A DNA stretch of 64,000 nt from Pseudomonadota bacterium (GTDB lineage: Bacteria; Pseudomonadota; Alphaproteobacteria; Rhizobiales; Xanthobacteraceae): assembly GCA_023404675.1 (NCBI GenBank), contig JAEYAW010000031.1, positions 56,427 to 120,426 on the forward strand, read 5' to 3'. Under the pieces are notes generated by a model that saw only the letters and a list, made by a program, of their open reading frames with translations, was not told the origin of the DNA and did not search any database. Positions 47,238 through 57,185 of this stretch are shown here, in pieces (position 1 is the first letter of the stretch; every line of letters starts with the position of its first letter). Position numbers and translations under genes: made by a program.

Positions 47238-49301
47238 CTACTGCGTGCGCACCGCGACGCTGGTCGCGCCCCGCACCACGTCGGATGTGTCCCTAAAGCG
47301 CACGAAGATGCGCTTGGTGCCGAAGTCCGGCTCCACAAGACCCATGCCCTGCACGAAGATGCTGAAGGTCGGCGTCGCGGCGCTCGCCACGGTGGTGGTC
47401 ACCGTGGGACCGATCGCCGACGTGCACACGCCTGTCGTCGGATCGGTCTGGCACAGGGTGATCGTCACCGGCAGCGACAGCGCTCCGGTGTCGGTGGACA
47501 CCGTGATGTCCCCCGCGATCCCCGCATTGTAGGCCGAGACCGCGAACGCCGCTGCGCCGGTCTCGCCGGGAATATTGACGATGCCGTCACCGGTCGGGGT
47601 GACCGCGATCGCGAACACGTCCGGGATCGGTGTCGCCGAGGCGGACAGCAGCAGCGTGTTCAGCCCGACCACGGTCGGGGCCGGTCCGCTGTTGCTGCAG
47701 CTTGCTGTGATCAGCACATCGGTCGGATCGAACGCGGCGGACGGCGTGATCGAAAACACATAGCTCTGCGATCCGTTGGCGGCGATATCGGCCGGCGTAT
47801 CCGGGGTGCCGGTCACCGCGTTGGTCACGGGATCGGTGGTCTGATAGGCGAACGTCGCGGGCAGCGCCGTTCCGAGCCCGAGGCCGCAGCCGGTGAGCGG
47901 TGTGGGGCCGGTGTTGATCGCCGTGAGAAAGGCGGTCGCCGTCGTCCCGACCATCACCGAGCGGCTGGTGGGCAGCACCGCCGACACCAGGCTGGACGCG
48001 CGACCGAAAACCCAGGTCGCGCCGATATTGCTGGCGTCGAACACGCCGCCGAGCGCGGCCGTGTTGCCATCCGACGACAGGGCAGCCGCATAGCCCTGCC
48101 CCGCGAGGCCTGTCGCGCCGCTGCCGACCAGTCGCTGCGTTTCCGTCCAGGCGTCGCCGGTCCGCGTGAACACCCACCCCCCGCCGACACCGTCGTCAGC
48201 ATTGCGGCCGCTGATAAAGACGGTGTTGCCATCCGCCGACAGCGACGCCGCATAGCCCTGAAAGACGACGCCCGCCGCACCGGACCCGACCAGCTTGGCG
48301 CCCTGCTGCGTCCAGACGCCCGCCGTGCGGGTGAACACCCAGCTCGCGCCGAGCTGACTGTTGTCGAACTCGCCGCCGACGACCGCCGTATTGCCGTCGG
48401 CCGACAGCGTCACGGCCGCGCCCTGACGCGCACCGCCGACCGAGTCTGTGCCGACCAGCTTGCTGCCTTGCTGGGTCCAGACACTGCCGCTGCGCGTGAA
48501 GATCCAGGCCGCGCCGGTTTCGCTGTTGTCGTAAGGCCCGCCGACGATGGCCGTGTTGCCGTCGCCGGACAGCGCCACCGCATAGCCCTGCACCACGATG
48601 CTGCCCGACGCACCGGTTCCGACCAGCCGCGCGCCCTGCTGGCTCCACACGCCGGCGCTGCGCGTGAAAATCCATGCGCCGCCGCTGGTGTCAGAGAAAT
48701 AATTCCCGACGATCGCCGTATTGCCATCGGCCGACAACCCGAGCGCATAGCCCTGGCTGCCTCCGGCCGGTCCTCCCGTTCCGATCAGCTTCGGCCCCTG
48801 TTGTGCCCACACTCCGTTGGTGCGGACGAACGCCCACACGGCACCCGTCGAACTGTTATCGACATGACCGCCGACCAGCGCGGTGTTGCCGTCCGCCGAC
48901 AACGCGACCGATACGCCCTGGTAGGATGTCCCGACCGCCCCGGAGCCGACCAGCTTCGGACCCTGCTGGGTCCAGACGCCGGCGCTACGCGTGAAGACCC
49001 AGGCCGCGCCGACATGGCCGTTGTCGGACAGACCGCCGACGATCATGGTGTTGCCGTCGGCGGACAGCGCGATCGCGCTGCCCTGCTGCGCTGGACCCGC
49101 CGCACCTGTACCGATCAGCTTGTTACCCTGCTGCGAGAACTGTGCGAGGGCCGGCGACAGCGCGGTCAGTCCCAGCGAGAGTGTGAGTGCGATGAATCCC
49201 GCGCAGGCGATCCTGCCAGCGGCAGCCACAATCGTCTTGTGAGAAAGGTGGGAAAACGAAGTGCTGGAAAACGAAATACCAGGACACGAAAGACCACGCA
49301 T
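47238..49301 (-). CDS. Exported protein: seven FG-GAP-like repeats plus the shared C-terminal module (paralogue C)
   Basis: Signal-like IVAAAGRIACAGFIALTLSLGLTALSPALAQ. Seven ~52-aa repeats (QG.A.ALSADGNTA.VGG...GA.W.FTR..GVW.QQG.KLVG). The C-terminal 250 aa (47241-47990) is collinear with paralogues A and B. The start is uncertain (49301, 49316 or 49391). Confidence 0.75.
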   Translation of the reverse strand: MRGLSCPGISFSSTSFSHLSHKTIVAAAGRIACAGFIALTLSLGLTALSPALAQFSQQGNKLIGTGAAGPAQQGSAIALSADGNTMIVGGLSDNGHVGAAWVFTRSAGVWTQQGPKLVGSGAVGTSYQGVSVALSADGNTALVGGHVDNSSTGAVWAFVRTNGVWAQQGPKLIGTGGPAGGSQGYALGLSADGNTAIVGNYFSDTSGGAWIFTRSAGVWSQQGARLVGTGASGSIVVQGYAVALSGDGNTAIVGGPYDNSETGAAWIFTRSGSVWTQQGSKLVGTDSVGGARQGAAVTLSADGNTAVVGGEFDNSQLGASWVFTRTAGVWTQQGAKLVGSGAAGVVFQGYAASLSADGNTVFISGRNADDGVGGGWVFTRTGDAWTETQRLVGSGATGLAGQGYAAALSSDGNTAALGGVFDASNIGATWVFGRASSLVSAVLPTSRSVMVGTTATAFLTAINTGPTPLTGCGLGLGTALPATFAYQTTDPVTNAVTGTPDTPADIAANGSQSYVFSITPSAAFDPTDVLITASCSNSGPAPTVVGLNTLLLSASATPIPDVFAIAVTPTGDGIVNIPGETGAAAFAVSAYNAGIAGDITVSTDTGALSLPVTITLCQTDPTTGVCTSAIGPTVTTTVASAATPTFSIFVQGMGLVEPDFGTKRIFVRFRDTSDVVRGATSVAVRTQ

Positions 49302-49422
49302 CGAACGCCTCCACATATGAATATGGACCGTCGGCGGGCCACTGCCCGCAAACCGTCGGTCGGAAATCGCGTCGCCGCGCTTCAATCGCACGCTCGGCGA
49401 CGATCACCACGCAATTCCTATG

Positions 49423-49450
49423 TCGTAGTTTCTGTGGCGTAGTTTCTGTG
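49423..49450. repeat. Tandem direct repeat, 2 x 14 nt (N-CGTAGTTTCTGTG)
   Basis: TCGTAGTTTCTGTG GCGTAGTTTCTGTG, read directly from the sequence. It lies in the upstream region of paralogue C. Confidence 0.5.
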
Positions 49451-49645
49451 TCGCAGTCCGGGATCACGAAACGCGGCGATCCGAAACAGGCTCCGACGAA
49501 ATTATAAGCGCGTTCAATAACAGGTTCTGCGCGAGCTCCAAAAATACTCCGCGCGGCAGATGAGAATGCGCGGCGATGCTCGCGGCTGTCAAGCAAACCG
49601 AATCAGGGGACCGTCAGAGCCATCGCGCTCAGGACTTCAGCACAC

Positions 49646-50992
49646 TCAGGCCTTCAGCGTCTCCAGAAACCGCACGCATTCACCTTGCGACGGCGTGACG
49701 ATCTCGCCCTCCCACATCACCTTGCGGCCGCGCACGATGGTGCCGACCGGCCAGCCCTTCACCGTGACGCCATCATACGGCGTCCAGCCGGCGCGCGATC
49801 CCACCTTGTCGTTGGTGATGGTCTCGCCGCGCTTCATGTCGACGATGGTGAAGTCGGCATCATAGCCCGCCGCGATGCGTCCCTTGCAGGCGATGTTGAA
49901 CAGCCGCGCAGGGCCGGCGCTGGTGAGATCGACGAAACGCAGCAGCGACAGTTTCCCGGCGTTGACGTGATCGAGCATGATCGGCACCAGCGTCTGCACG
50001 CCGGTCATGCCCGAAGGCGAGGCCGGATAGGGCTTGGCCTTTTCCTCCAGCGTATGCGGTGCGTGGTCCGAGCCGAGGATATCGACGATGCCCTGCTCGA
50101 TGCCGCGCCAGATGCCGTCGCGATGGCTGATGCCGCGCACCGGCGGGTTCATCTGCGCGAGGGTGCCGAGCCGCTCATAACAGTCCGGGCCGTACAGCGT
50201 CAGATGATGCGGCGTCACCTCGCAGGAGGCGACGTCCTTATGGTGACGCAGATACTCGATCTCCTGCCGCGTCGAGATATGCAGCACATGCACCCGCGCG
50301 CCCGTCTCGCGCGCGATGGTAACGAGGCGCTGCGTCGCCGTGAGCGCGGCGATCTCGTCGCGCCACACCGGATGCGAGCGCGGATCGTGCTCGATGCGCT
50401 GATCCTTGCGTTCGTTGAGGCGGAATTCATCCTCCGCATGGAACGAGGCGCGACGACGGATCACGCCGAGAATTTCGCGCAGGCCCTCGTCCTCCGCCAC
50501 CAGAAGACTGCCGGTGGACGAGCCGATGAACACCTTGACGCCAGCACAACCCGGCGCCCGTTCAAGCTCGGGCAGATCGCGATAATTCTCGCGCGTACCG
50601 CCGATGAAGAACGCGAAATCGCAATGCATGCGATGATGACCGCGCGCCACCTTGTCCGCGAAGGCTTCCGCCGTGACGGTAAGCGGATTGGTGTTCGGCA
50701 TCTCGAACACGGCGGTGACGCCGCCGAGCACCGCGCTGTGCGAGCCGGTTTCGAGGTCTTCCTTGTGGGTCAGGCCGGGCTCGCGGAAATGCACCTGCGT
50801 ATCGATCACGCCGGGCAGGATGTGCAGGCCGGTGCAGTCGATCACCTCGCCCGCGCCGGCGCGCGCAAGCTGGCCGACCGCAGCGATCTTTCCGTCCTTC
50901 ACCGCGATGTCGCGCAGGCCCTCTCCGTCGTGATTGACGACGGTCCCCGCCTTCAGGATCAGGTCGAATGTCTCGCTCATGCTGCCGCTCAT
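49646..50992 (-). CDS. pyrC: Dihydroorotase (cyclic amidohydrolase family)
   Basis: FDLILKAGTVVN..., the metal motif DTQVHFREPG, and VFEMPNTNP. The start is at MSGSMSETF (or 12 nt downstream). The track ORF N-terminus is antisense to ygfZ. Confidence 0.9.
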   Translation of the reverse strand: MSGSMSETFDLILKAGTVVNHDGEGLRDIAVKDGKIAAVGQLARAGAGEVIDCTGLHILPGVIDTQVHFREPGLTHKEDLETGSHSAVLGGVTAVFEMPNTNPLTVTAEAFADKVARGHHRMHCDFAFFIGGTRENYRDLPELERAPGCAGVKVFIGSSTGSLLVAEDEGLREILGVIRRRASFHAEDEFRLNERKDQRIEHDPRSHPVWRDEIAALTATQRLVTIARETGARVHVLHISTRQEIEYLRHHKDVASCEVTPHHLTLYGPDCYERLGTLAQMNPPVRGISHRDGIWRGIEQGIVDILGSDHAPHTLEEKAKPYPASPSGMTGVQTLVPIMLDHVNAGKLSLLRFVDLTSAGPARLFNIACKGRIAAGYDADFTIVDMKRGETITNDKVGSRAGWTPYDGVTVKGWPVGTIVRGRKVMWEGEIVTPSQGECVRFLETLKA

Positions 50993-51125
50993 TCCCGCCC
51001 GCCTCGATGGGTTCCGATAGCGCGGGCCTTGTCGTTCACCGGCCCCCGTCTTACCTTGACCGAAGCTCGTGCAACACCCCGAATCCCACGAATCTTCGGG
51101 ACAGGGATTTTCAGGACAAGTTCTC

Positions 51126-52007
51126 ATGAAGGCGGCGCTTCTGCCGGATCGCGGCGTCATCCGCATCGAAGGCGGCGAGACTGCACGGCATCTGCTCAAC
51201 GGCCTTATCACCACTGATGTGGACAAGGTCGCGCCGGGCGCTGCGCGGTTCGGCGCGCTGCTGACGCCGCAGGGCAAGATCATCTCGGACTTTCTCATCA
51301 CCCAGACGGGCGATGCGGCCACCGGCGATTTCCTGCTGGATTGTCCGCGCGACCTCGCCGCCCCGCTGGCGGGCCGGCTCAACATGTACAAGCTGCGCGC
51401 CAGGGTGACGATTGCCGACGTCTCCGAGACACGGGCCGTGATCGCGGTGTGGGACGGCACGCCGCCCGCGCAGGGCAGCGTTGCGTTCGCCGATCCGCGC
51501 GGCCCGGAAATCGGGTGGCGCGTGATCGTGCCGGCAGGCGATGTCGCCGCGACGTTGCAGTCCCTCGGCGGCGAGGTGGGCGTCGAGGCCTATGAGGCGC
51601 ATCGCATCGCCAGCGGCGTGCCGCGCGGCGGAGCGGATTTCGCCTACAGCGACGCCTTTCCGCACGAGGCCAACATGGACAAGCTGGCGGGCGTCGATTT
51701 CGGCAAGGGGTGTTACGTGGGGCAGGAGGTCGTCTCGCGCATGCAGCATCGCGGCACCGCGCGCACCCGCATCGTGCGCGTGACCTATGATGGCGCGCCG
51801 CCCGCGCCCGGCGCCGAGGTGACGGCGGCCGGCAAGGCGGTCGGCCGTTTCGGTACGGCGTCGCAGGGCCGCGGCCTCGCGCTGCTGCGCATCGACCGCG
51901 TCGGCGAGGCGCTGGAGGCTGGCGCGGAACTGGAAGCGGCGGGCGTCGCGCTGCGCATCGAACATCAGGACGACATCAAGCAGCTTCCCAAGGCGATCAA
52001 GATATGA
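51126..52007 (+). CDS. ygfZ: Folate-binding protein YgfZ (CAF17 family)
   Basis: [16 protein letters not shown]... and the signature [17 protein letters not shown]. Confidence 0.87.
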   Translation: MKAALLPDRGVIRIEGGETARHLLNGLITTDVDKVAPGAARFGALLTPQGKIISDFLITQTGDAATGDFLLDCPRDLAAPLAGRLNMYKLRARVTIADVSETRAVIAVWDGTPPAQGSVAFADPRGPEIGWRVIVPAGDVAATLQSLGGEVGVEAYEAHRIASGVPRGGADFAYSDAFPHEANMDKLAGVDFGKGCYVGQEVVSRMQHRGTARTRIVRVTYDGAPPAPGAEVTAAGKAVGRFGTASQGRGLALLRIDRVGEALEAGAELEAAGVALRIEHQDDIKQLPKAIKI

Positions 52008-52672
52008 CGGGTGCCGCGCGCGACCATGCCGACGGTCTTCAACGCTGCCCATGGCCCGGCGAGGATCCGTTCTACATCGCCTATCACGACACCGAATGGG
52101 GCGTGCCGGAATACGACGACCGCGCGCTGTTCGAGAAACTGATTCTCGACGGCTTTCAGGCAGGGCTGTCGTGGATCACCATCCTGCGCAAGCGCGACAA
52201 CTTCCGCCGCGCCTTCGACGGCTTCGAGCCCGCGGTCATCGCCCGCTATGACGCGAAGAAGGTCGAGGCGCTGATGCAGGACGCCGGGATCGTGCGCAAC
52301 CGCGCTAAGATCGAGGGCACCATCCAGAGCGCCAGGGGCTATCTCAAGATCATGGAGGATGGTCCCGGCTTCTCGAAATTCCTGTGGGATTTCGTCGGCG
52401 GCAAGCCGCTGGTGAACACGCACAAGACGACGAAGACCGTGCCCGCCTCGACGCCGCTGTCGGTGAAGATCTCGAAGGAGTTGCAGGCGCGCGGCTTCAA
52501 GTTCGTCGGCCCGACCATCGTCTACGCCTTCATGCAGGCGGTGGGCATGGTGAACGATCACCTCGTCACCTGCCATTGTCACGCGACCTGCGGCAGCGCG
52601 ACACCGCCAGGAACCGGAAAGAAGAAAGTGGCACGCAAGGTCGCGCGCAAACTGGTGCCGCAAAACAATTGA
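52004..52672 (+). CDS. tag: DNA-3-methyladenine glycosylase I
   Basis: [38 protein letters not shown]. The ATGA overlap with ygfZ is present, along with a short basic C-terminal tail. Confidence 0.9.
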   Translation: MTGAARDHADGLQRCPWPGEDPFYIAYHDTEWGVPEYDDRALFEKLILDGFQAGLSWITILRKRDNFRRAFDGFEPAVIARYDAKKVEALMQDAGIVRNRAKIEGTIQSARGYLKIMEDGPGFSKFLWDFVGGKPLVNTHKTTKTVPASTPLSVKISKELQARGFKFVGPTIVYAFMQAVGMVNDHLVTCHCHATCGSATPPGTGKKKVARKVARKLVPQNN

Positions 52673-52706
52673 CGCTCCTCCCCGGCTGCGCGCACAAGCC
52701 ACGATC

Positions 52707-53312
52707 ATGAGCATCGCCAAATCACCCGTCCCGCCCCGCGTCTGGCAGCGCATGCTGTCCGGCCGCAAGCTCGATCTGCTCGATCCCGATCCGCGCGATG
52801 TCGCGATCGAGGACATCGCCCACGGCCTTGCGCGCGTCGCGCGCTGGAACGGGCAGACACAGGGTGCGCATATCTTTTCCGTGGCGCAGCATACGCTGCT
52901 GGTGGACGCGGTGATCGGCGCGCAGAAGACACAGGCGGATCGCGTCACCTGCCTCGCCGCGATGCTGCACGACGCGCCCGAATACGTGGTCGGCGACATG
53001 ATCTCGCCGTTCAAGGCGGTGATCGGCGGATCTTACAAAAGCGTGGAGAAGCGCCTGCTCGGCGCGATCCATCTGCATTTCGGCCTGCCGCGCGTGCTGC
53101 CCGCGCCCGTCGTTGCCCGGATCAAGGAGGCCGACAGCGCCGCGGCCTATCTGGAAGCCACCGTGCTCGCCGGGTTCTCGCGCGCGGAAGCGCGGCGGCT
53201 GTTCGGCCGCCCGCCCGCGCTGCCCGAGGTGATCCGCAACGACCTCCTGACGCCCTGGCCCGCGACCACCGCCGCCCGGCGCTTCCTCAAGAGGGTCCAG
53301 TCGCTGGCGTGA
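52707..53312 (+). CDS. HD-domain phosphohydrolase family protein
   Basis: SVAQHTLLV ... MLHDAPEYVVGDM is an H...HD...D pattern. Confidence 0.75.
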   Translation: MSIAKSPVPPRVWQRMLSGRKLDLLDPDPRDVAIEDIAHGLARVARWNGQTQGAHIFSVAQHTLLVDAVIGAQKTQADRVTCLAAMLHDAPEYVVGDMISPFKAVIGGSYKSVEKRLLGAIHLHFGLPRVLPAPVVARIKEADSAAAYLEATVLAGFSRAEARRLFGRPPALPEVIRNDLLTPWPATTAARRFLKRVQSLA

Positions 53313-53331
53313 GCGCCCGATCGAAGACCCT

Positions 53332-53428
53332 GCCCCTCACCTCTCCCCGCGGGCGCAATCCGGGTGAGGGGGCACTCCTGCTGCCACTCACCCCCCTCAC
53401 CCCAACCCTCTCCCCAGCGGGGAGAGGG
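53332..53428. repeat. Two GC-rich intergenic hairpins (REP-like)
   Basis: GCCCCTCACC...GGTGAGGGGC (53332-53372) and CCCTCTCCCC-AGC-GGGGAGAGGG (53406-53428). No U-run follows either. Confidence 0.5.
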
Positions 53429-53532
53429 AGCAGGCAGCGTGACCTGGATATGTTTCAATCGTACCGAAGCGCTCAAAACTTCCCGGCTCGCATACACTTC
53501 CACCGCGCGACGGCGGACGATATAATCGCGGC

Positions 53533-54039
53533 ATGATCCACGTCTGTTCCCTCGCCGCCCTGCATCCGACCGTCGAGACCACCGGCGCACGGCACATTCT
53601 CACCGTGATGGCCGATGTCAGCCAGGTGCAGACGCCGCTGTCCGTGCTCGCGGCCAATCACCTGCGCATCGCGATGGACGACATCACCGAGCCCGCCGAC
53701 GGCTTCGTCGCGCCGTGCGAGGAGCACATCGTCACGCTGCTCGATTTCGTACGCCGCTGGGACCGCGCCGCGCCGCTGGTGATCCACTGCTATGCGGGCA
53801 TCAGCCGCTCGACCGCCAGTGCCTTCGTCACTGCCTGCGCGCTGAATCCGGAGCGCGACGAGATGGTCATCGCGCGCCAGATCCGCGAGGCGTCGGTGAC
53901 GGCCTATCCGAATCGCCGCATTGTGGCGTTGGCTGACAAGGCGCTCGGCCGCGACGGGCGGATGCTGCGCGCGCTCGACGCCATCGGGCCCGGGAACCTG
54001 ACGGTGGAAGGCCGCCCCTTCCGGGTGACTCTCGACTAG
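53533..54039 (+). CDS. Cys-based protein tyrosine/dual-specificity phosphatase-like protein
   Basis: P-loop HCYAGISRS (CX5R[ST]). 168 aa. Confidence 0.75.
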   Translation: MIHVCSLAALHPTVETTGARHILTVMADVSQVQTPLSVLAANHLRIAMDDITEPADGFVAPCEEHIVTLLDFVRRWDRAAPLVIHCYAGISRSTASAFVTACALNPERDEMVIARQIREASVTAYPNRRIVALADKALGRDGRMLRALDAIGPGNLTVEGRPFRVTLD

Positions 54040-54123
54040 GGTTCCTGAAAGCTCCCGCGGGATTGAACGTTTCTCGTGCATACGCGGACTTAGCCCTTGC
54101 TTCGCTGATACGAAAGCGCGTTC

Positions 54124-54279
54124 CGTCGTCCTGAGGTGAGGTGCGCGCGATGGCATCGCGCTTCGGAAGACGACGCGTCGCAAAAGCCCTCGCAAGCCTC
54201 GAATGAACGGCCCCCAGCCGGCCTGTCGAAACCACCACCCTTCGAGGGCCATGCTGCACACGGCCGCCTCAGGGTGACG
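54124..54279. repeat. REP/MITE-like intergenic element, type 1 (longer copy)
   Basis: CGTCGTCCTGAGGTG ... CCCTTCGAGGGCC ... GCCTCAGGGTGACG, the same termini as the element at 38796. Confidence 0.6.
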
Positions 54280-54325
54280 GTGATCGCGGACAGGACCACC
54301 CGCCCGAAACGGATATTTTCCCGCC

Positions 54326-57010
54326 ATGGATTTTCTTGCCCTCGTCGTTGCCGTCATCGCCGCCCTCTTCGCCCGCAAGGCGATGCAGACCTCGCGCGAA
54401 CTGCGCGCGAAGCTGGAGCAGATCGAGGGCCGGATCGCGCGGGGCGAGATGCCCGCCATCCCGGAGACCACGACCACCACGCAGGAGGCGGAGCACGCGC
54501 CGCCCATCGTGCCGGTGACGGATGCCGAGACGCAGGGCGCGGACGAGCCGCCCCATGCGCCCGCCGTGCCGCCGCCACTGCCGCCGGAGGCGCTCGCGCC
54601 CGCCGCCGCCGCGACCCCGACCCTCGCGAAAGGTCCCGGCTTCGAGGAATGGCTCGGCACCCGCTGGGTGGTGTGGATCGGCGGCCTGACGCTGGCGCTC
54701 GGCGGCGTGTTCCTCGTGCGCTATTCCATCGAGCAGGGGCTGATCAGCCCGGCGGTGCGGATCGCGCTCGGCGCGCTGTTTTCGGCCGCGCTGCTGGCGG
54801 CGGGCGAATGGGCGCGCCGCAAGGAGGCGCTTACGTCCATCGCGCCGCTGCCCATCGCCAACATCCCGGCGATCCTCACCGCCGCCGGCACGGTCAGCGC
54901 CTTCGCCACCGCCTACGCATCCTACGCGCTGTATGATTTCCTTGCGCCCGCTTCTGCTTTCATCCTGCTGGCAATCGTGGCGTTCGGTACGCTCGCCGCC
55001 GCGCTGCTGCATGGCCCCGCGCTGGCCGGGCTCGGCCTCGTCGCCGCCTTCGTCGCGCCCGCGCTGGTGTCGAGCGAGGAGCCGAGCTACTGGGCGCTGT
55101 ATCTCTACCTCGCCTTTGTCACCGCAGCCGCCTTTGCGCTGGCCCGCGCGCGGATGTGGCGCTGGCTGGCGCTCACCACGATCGTGTTCGCATTGCTGTG
55201 GCTGGTCCCCGGCCTCGACGGCGTGACCCCGGCGATGGCCTCGACGATCTTCCACGTCGTCGCGGGCTTCGCGCTCGCCTGCGCGCTCGTGGTGTGTGGC
55301 CTGCTGTTCGGCCCCGCCGCCACGCCGGGGCGGATCGAGCCGATCTCGTCCACCTCGCTCGCGGCGTATCTGTTCGGCGCGCTGGCGATCGTGCTGGCGA
55401 ACAATCATGCCGACGCCGCCATGATCGCCTTCGCACTGCTGGGTGCAGCGACGCTCGCGGTGGCCTGGCGCAGCGAGGCGGCGGCCGGCGCTGTCGGCGC
55501 CGCGAGCGCGATCACCGCGCTGGTGTTCCTGTCGTGGGCCGTGCGCGCCAACACCGACATGCTGGTGCTGCCGGGCGGCCCCCTGCCCGGCATCGCCCCG
55601 CTGCCGACCGATGCGTCGGTCTCGCTGCATCTCGCCACGGGTCTTGGCTTCGCGCTGGCGTTCCTTGGCGCGGGCTATGCGGCGCAGGGCCGCTCTTCCA
55701 GCGCCGCGATTCCCATCGTCTGGGCGGCGTCGGGCGTGTTCGCGCCGCTCGCGATCCTGATTGCGCTCTACGCGACCATCGCGCATTTCGACCGCTCGAT
55801 TCCCTTCGCCATCATCGCCGTCGTGCTCGCGGCCGCGTTCGGCCTCGCTACCGAACGGCTCGACCGCCGCGAGGCGCATCCCGGCCAGACCGCGTCCACC
55901 GCGCTGTTCGCGACCGGCGCGCTCGCGGCGCTGTCGCTCGCGCTGACCTTCGCCCTCGAAAAAGGCTGGCTCACCATCGCCCTCGCGCTCACCTGCGCCG
56001 CGACCGCGTGGGTCGCCACGCAACGCCCGGTGCCGTTCCTGCGCTGGCTCGCCGCGATCCTCGCGGCCATCGTCGGCCTGCGCATCGGCTACGAGCCGCG
56101 CATCGCGAGCGACGCGATGGGCACGACGCCGGTCTTCAACTGGATCCTGTGGGGCTATGGCGTGCCGGCCGCCGCGTTCTGGTTCGCCAGCGTGCGGATG
56201 CGGCGCAAGGCCGACGACGTGCCGCTGCGTTTCGTCGAGAGCGCGGCCGTGCTCGCCACCGCGCTGTTCGCCTTCATGGAAATCCGCCACTTCGTCACGC
56301 GCGGCGATATCTACGACAGCGGCATGAACCTCGTTGAGGTGGGACTCGATGTCTGCGTCGCGCTGGCGATGGCGATCGGCCTCGAACGTCTGCGCGAGCG
56401 CTCCGGCAGCATCGTGCACAACGTCGCCGCCGTGCTGCTCACCGTGTTCGCCGGACTTCTTATTGTCGGCGGCCTGATGGTGCTGCAGATGCCCGCGATC
56501 TGGCACATCAATGTGGGCGGGCCGATCCTCAACACACTGCTGCTGGCCTACGCGCTGCCTGCCGTGCTGGCGCTCGCGCTGTCCTATGCAGCGGGGCAGC
56601 GGCCGACGGCTTATGTCAACACCATCGCCGCCTTCGCGCTGCTGCTGGCGCTGACTTACATCACGCTGGAAGTCATGCGGCTCTATCACGGGCCGGTGCC
56701 GGCCATCGGCTTCACCAGCGACGCGGAGCAGTACACCTATTCGCTCGCCTGGCTCGCCTTCGGTCTCGCGCTGCTCGGCGCGGGCTTCGTGACCGGCTCG
56801 CGGCGGGCGCGCCTTGCCTCGGCGGTGGTGATCGCGCTCACCATCGGCAAGGCGTTCCTGATCGACATGTCGAGCCTCACCGGCATCTGGCGGGCGCTGT
56901 CGTTCATGGGACTGGGACTGGTGCTGGTCGGGATCGGCTGGTTCTACCAGCGGATTCTGTTCCGCGCGCGCGCGGCGCAGGCGGCACCGCCGCCGGAGAT
57001 TCCGAACTGA
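54326..57010 (+). CDS. Large polytopic membrane protein, DUF2339-like
   Basis: 894 aa. N-terminal TM plus coiled coil (RELRAKLEQIEGRIARGE), a Pro-rich linker, then more than 20 predicted TM segments. Confidence 0.85.
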   Translation: MDFLALVVAVIAALFARKAMQTSRELRAKLEQIEGRIARGEMPAIPETTTTTQEAEHAPPIVPVTDAETQGADEPPHAPAVPPPLPPEALAPAAAATPTLAKGPGFEEWLGTRWVVWIGGLTLALGGVFLVRYSIEQGLISPAVRIALGALFSAALLAAGEWARRKEALTSIAPLPIANIPAILTAAGTVSAFATAYASYALYDFLAPASAFILLAIVAFGTLAAALLHGPALAGLGLVAAFVAPALVSSEEPSYWALYLYLAFVTAAAFALARARMWRWLALTTIVFALLWLVPGLDGVTPAMASTIFHVVAGFALACALVVCGLLFGPAATPGRIEPISSTSLAAYLFGALAIVLANNHADAAMIAFALLGAATLAVAWRSEAAAGAVGAASAITALVFLSWAVRANTDMLVLPGGPLPGIAPLPTDASVSLHLATGLGFALAFLGAGYAAQGRSSSAAIPIVWAASGVFAPLAILIALYATIAHFDRSIPFAIIAVVLAAAFGLATERLDRREAHPGQTASTALFATGALAALSLALTFALEKGWLTIALALTCAATAWVATQRPVPFLRWLAAILAAIVGLRIGYEPRIASDAMGTTPVFNWILWGYGVPAAAFWFASVRMRRKADDVPLRFVESAAVLATALFAFMEIRHFVTRGDIYDSGMNLVEVGLDVCVALAMAIGLERLRERSGSIVHNVAAVLLTVFAGLLIVGGLMVLQMPAIWHINVGGPILNTLLLAYALPAVLALALSYAAGQRPTAYVNTIAAFALLLALTYITLEVMRLYHGPVPAIGFTSDAEQYTYSLAWLAFGLALLGAGFVTGSRRARLASAVVIALTIGKAFLIDMSSLTGIWRALSFMGLGLVLVGIGWFYQRILFRARAAQAAPPPEIPN

Positions 57011-57017
57011 CGAGACA

Positions 57018-57169
57018 CGGAATCATTCCGGGCCTGCGCGCGACGATGCGTTGAAGACGCGCGTGAACCCGATTCCGGGCACGCATCCCGGGATGCCGGA
57101 AAAACATCAGGCGAGTACGTTGAGCCACCCTTCGAGGCCATCGCGTCGCAATGGCACCTCGGGGTGACG
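57018..57169. repeat. Composite REP-like region (type 2-like piece plus type 1 right half)
   Basis: ATCATTCCGGGC...GATTCCGGGC...CCCGGGATGCCGG, followed by CCCTTCGAGGCC...GCACCTCGGGGTGACG (57128-57169). Confidence 0.45.
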
Positions 57170-57185
57170 TCTTGGTCTTTGAAAA

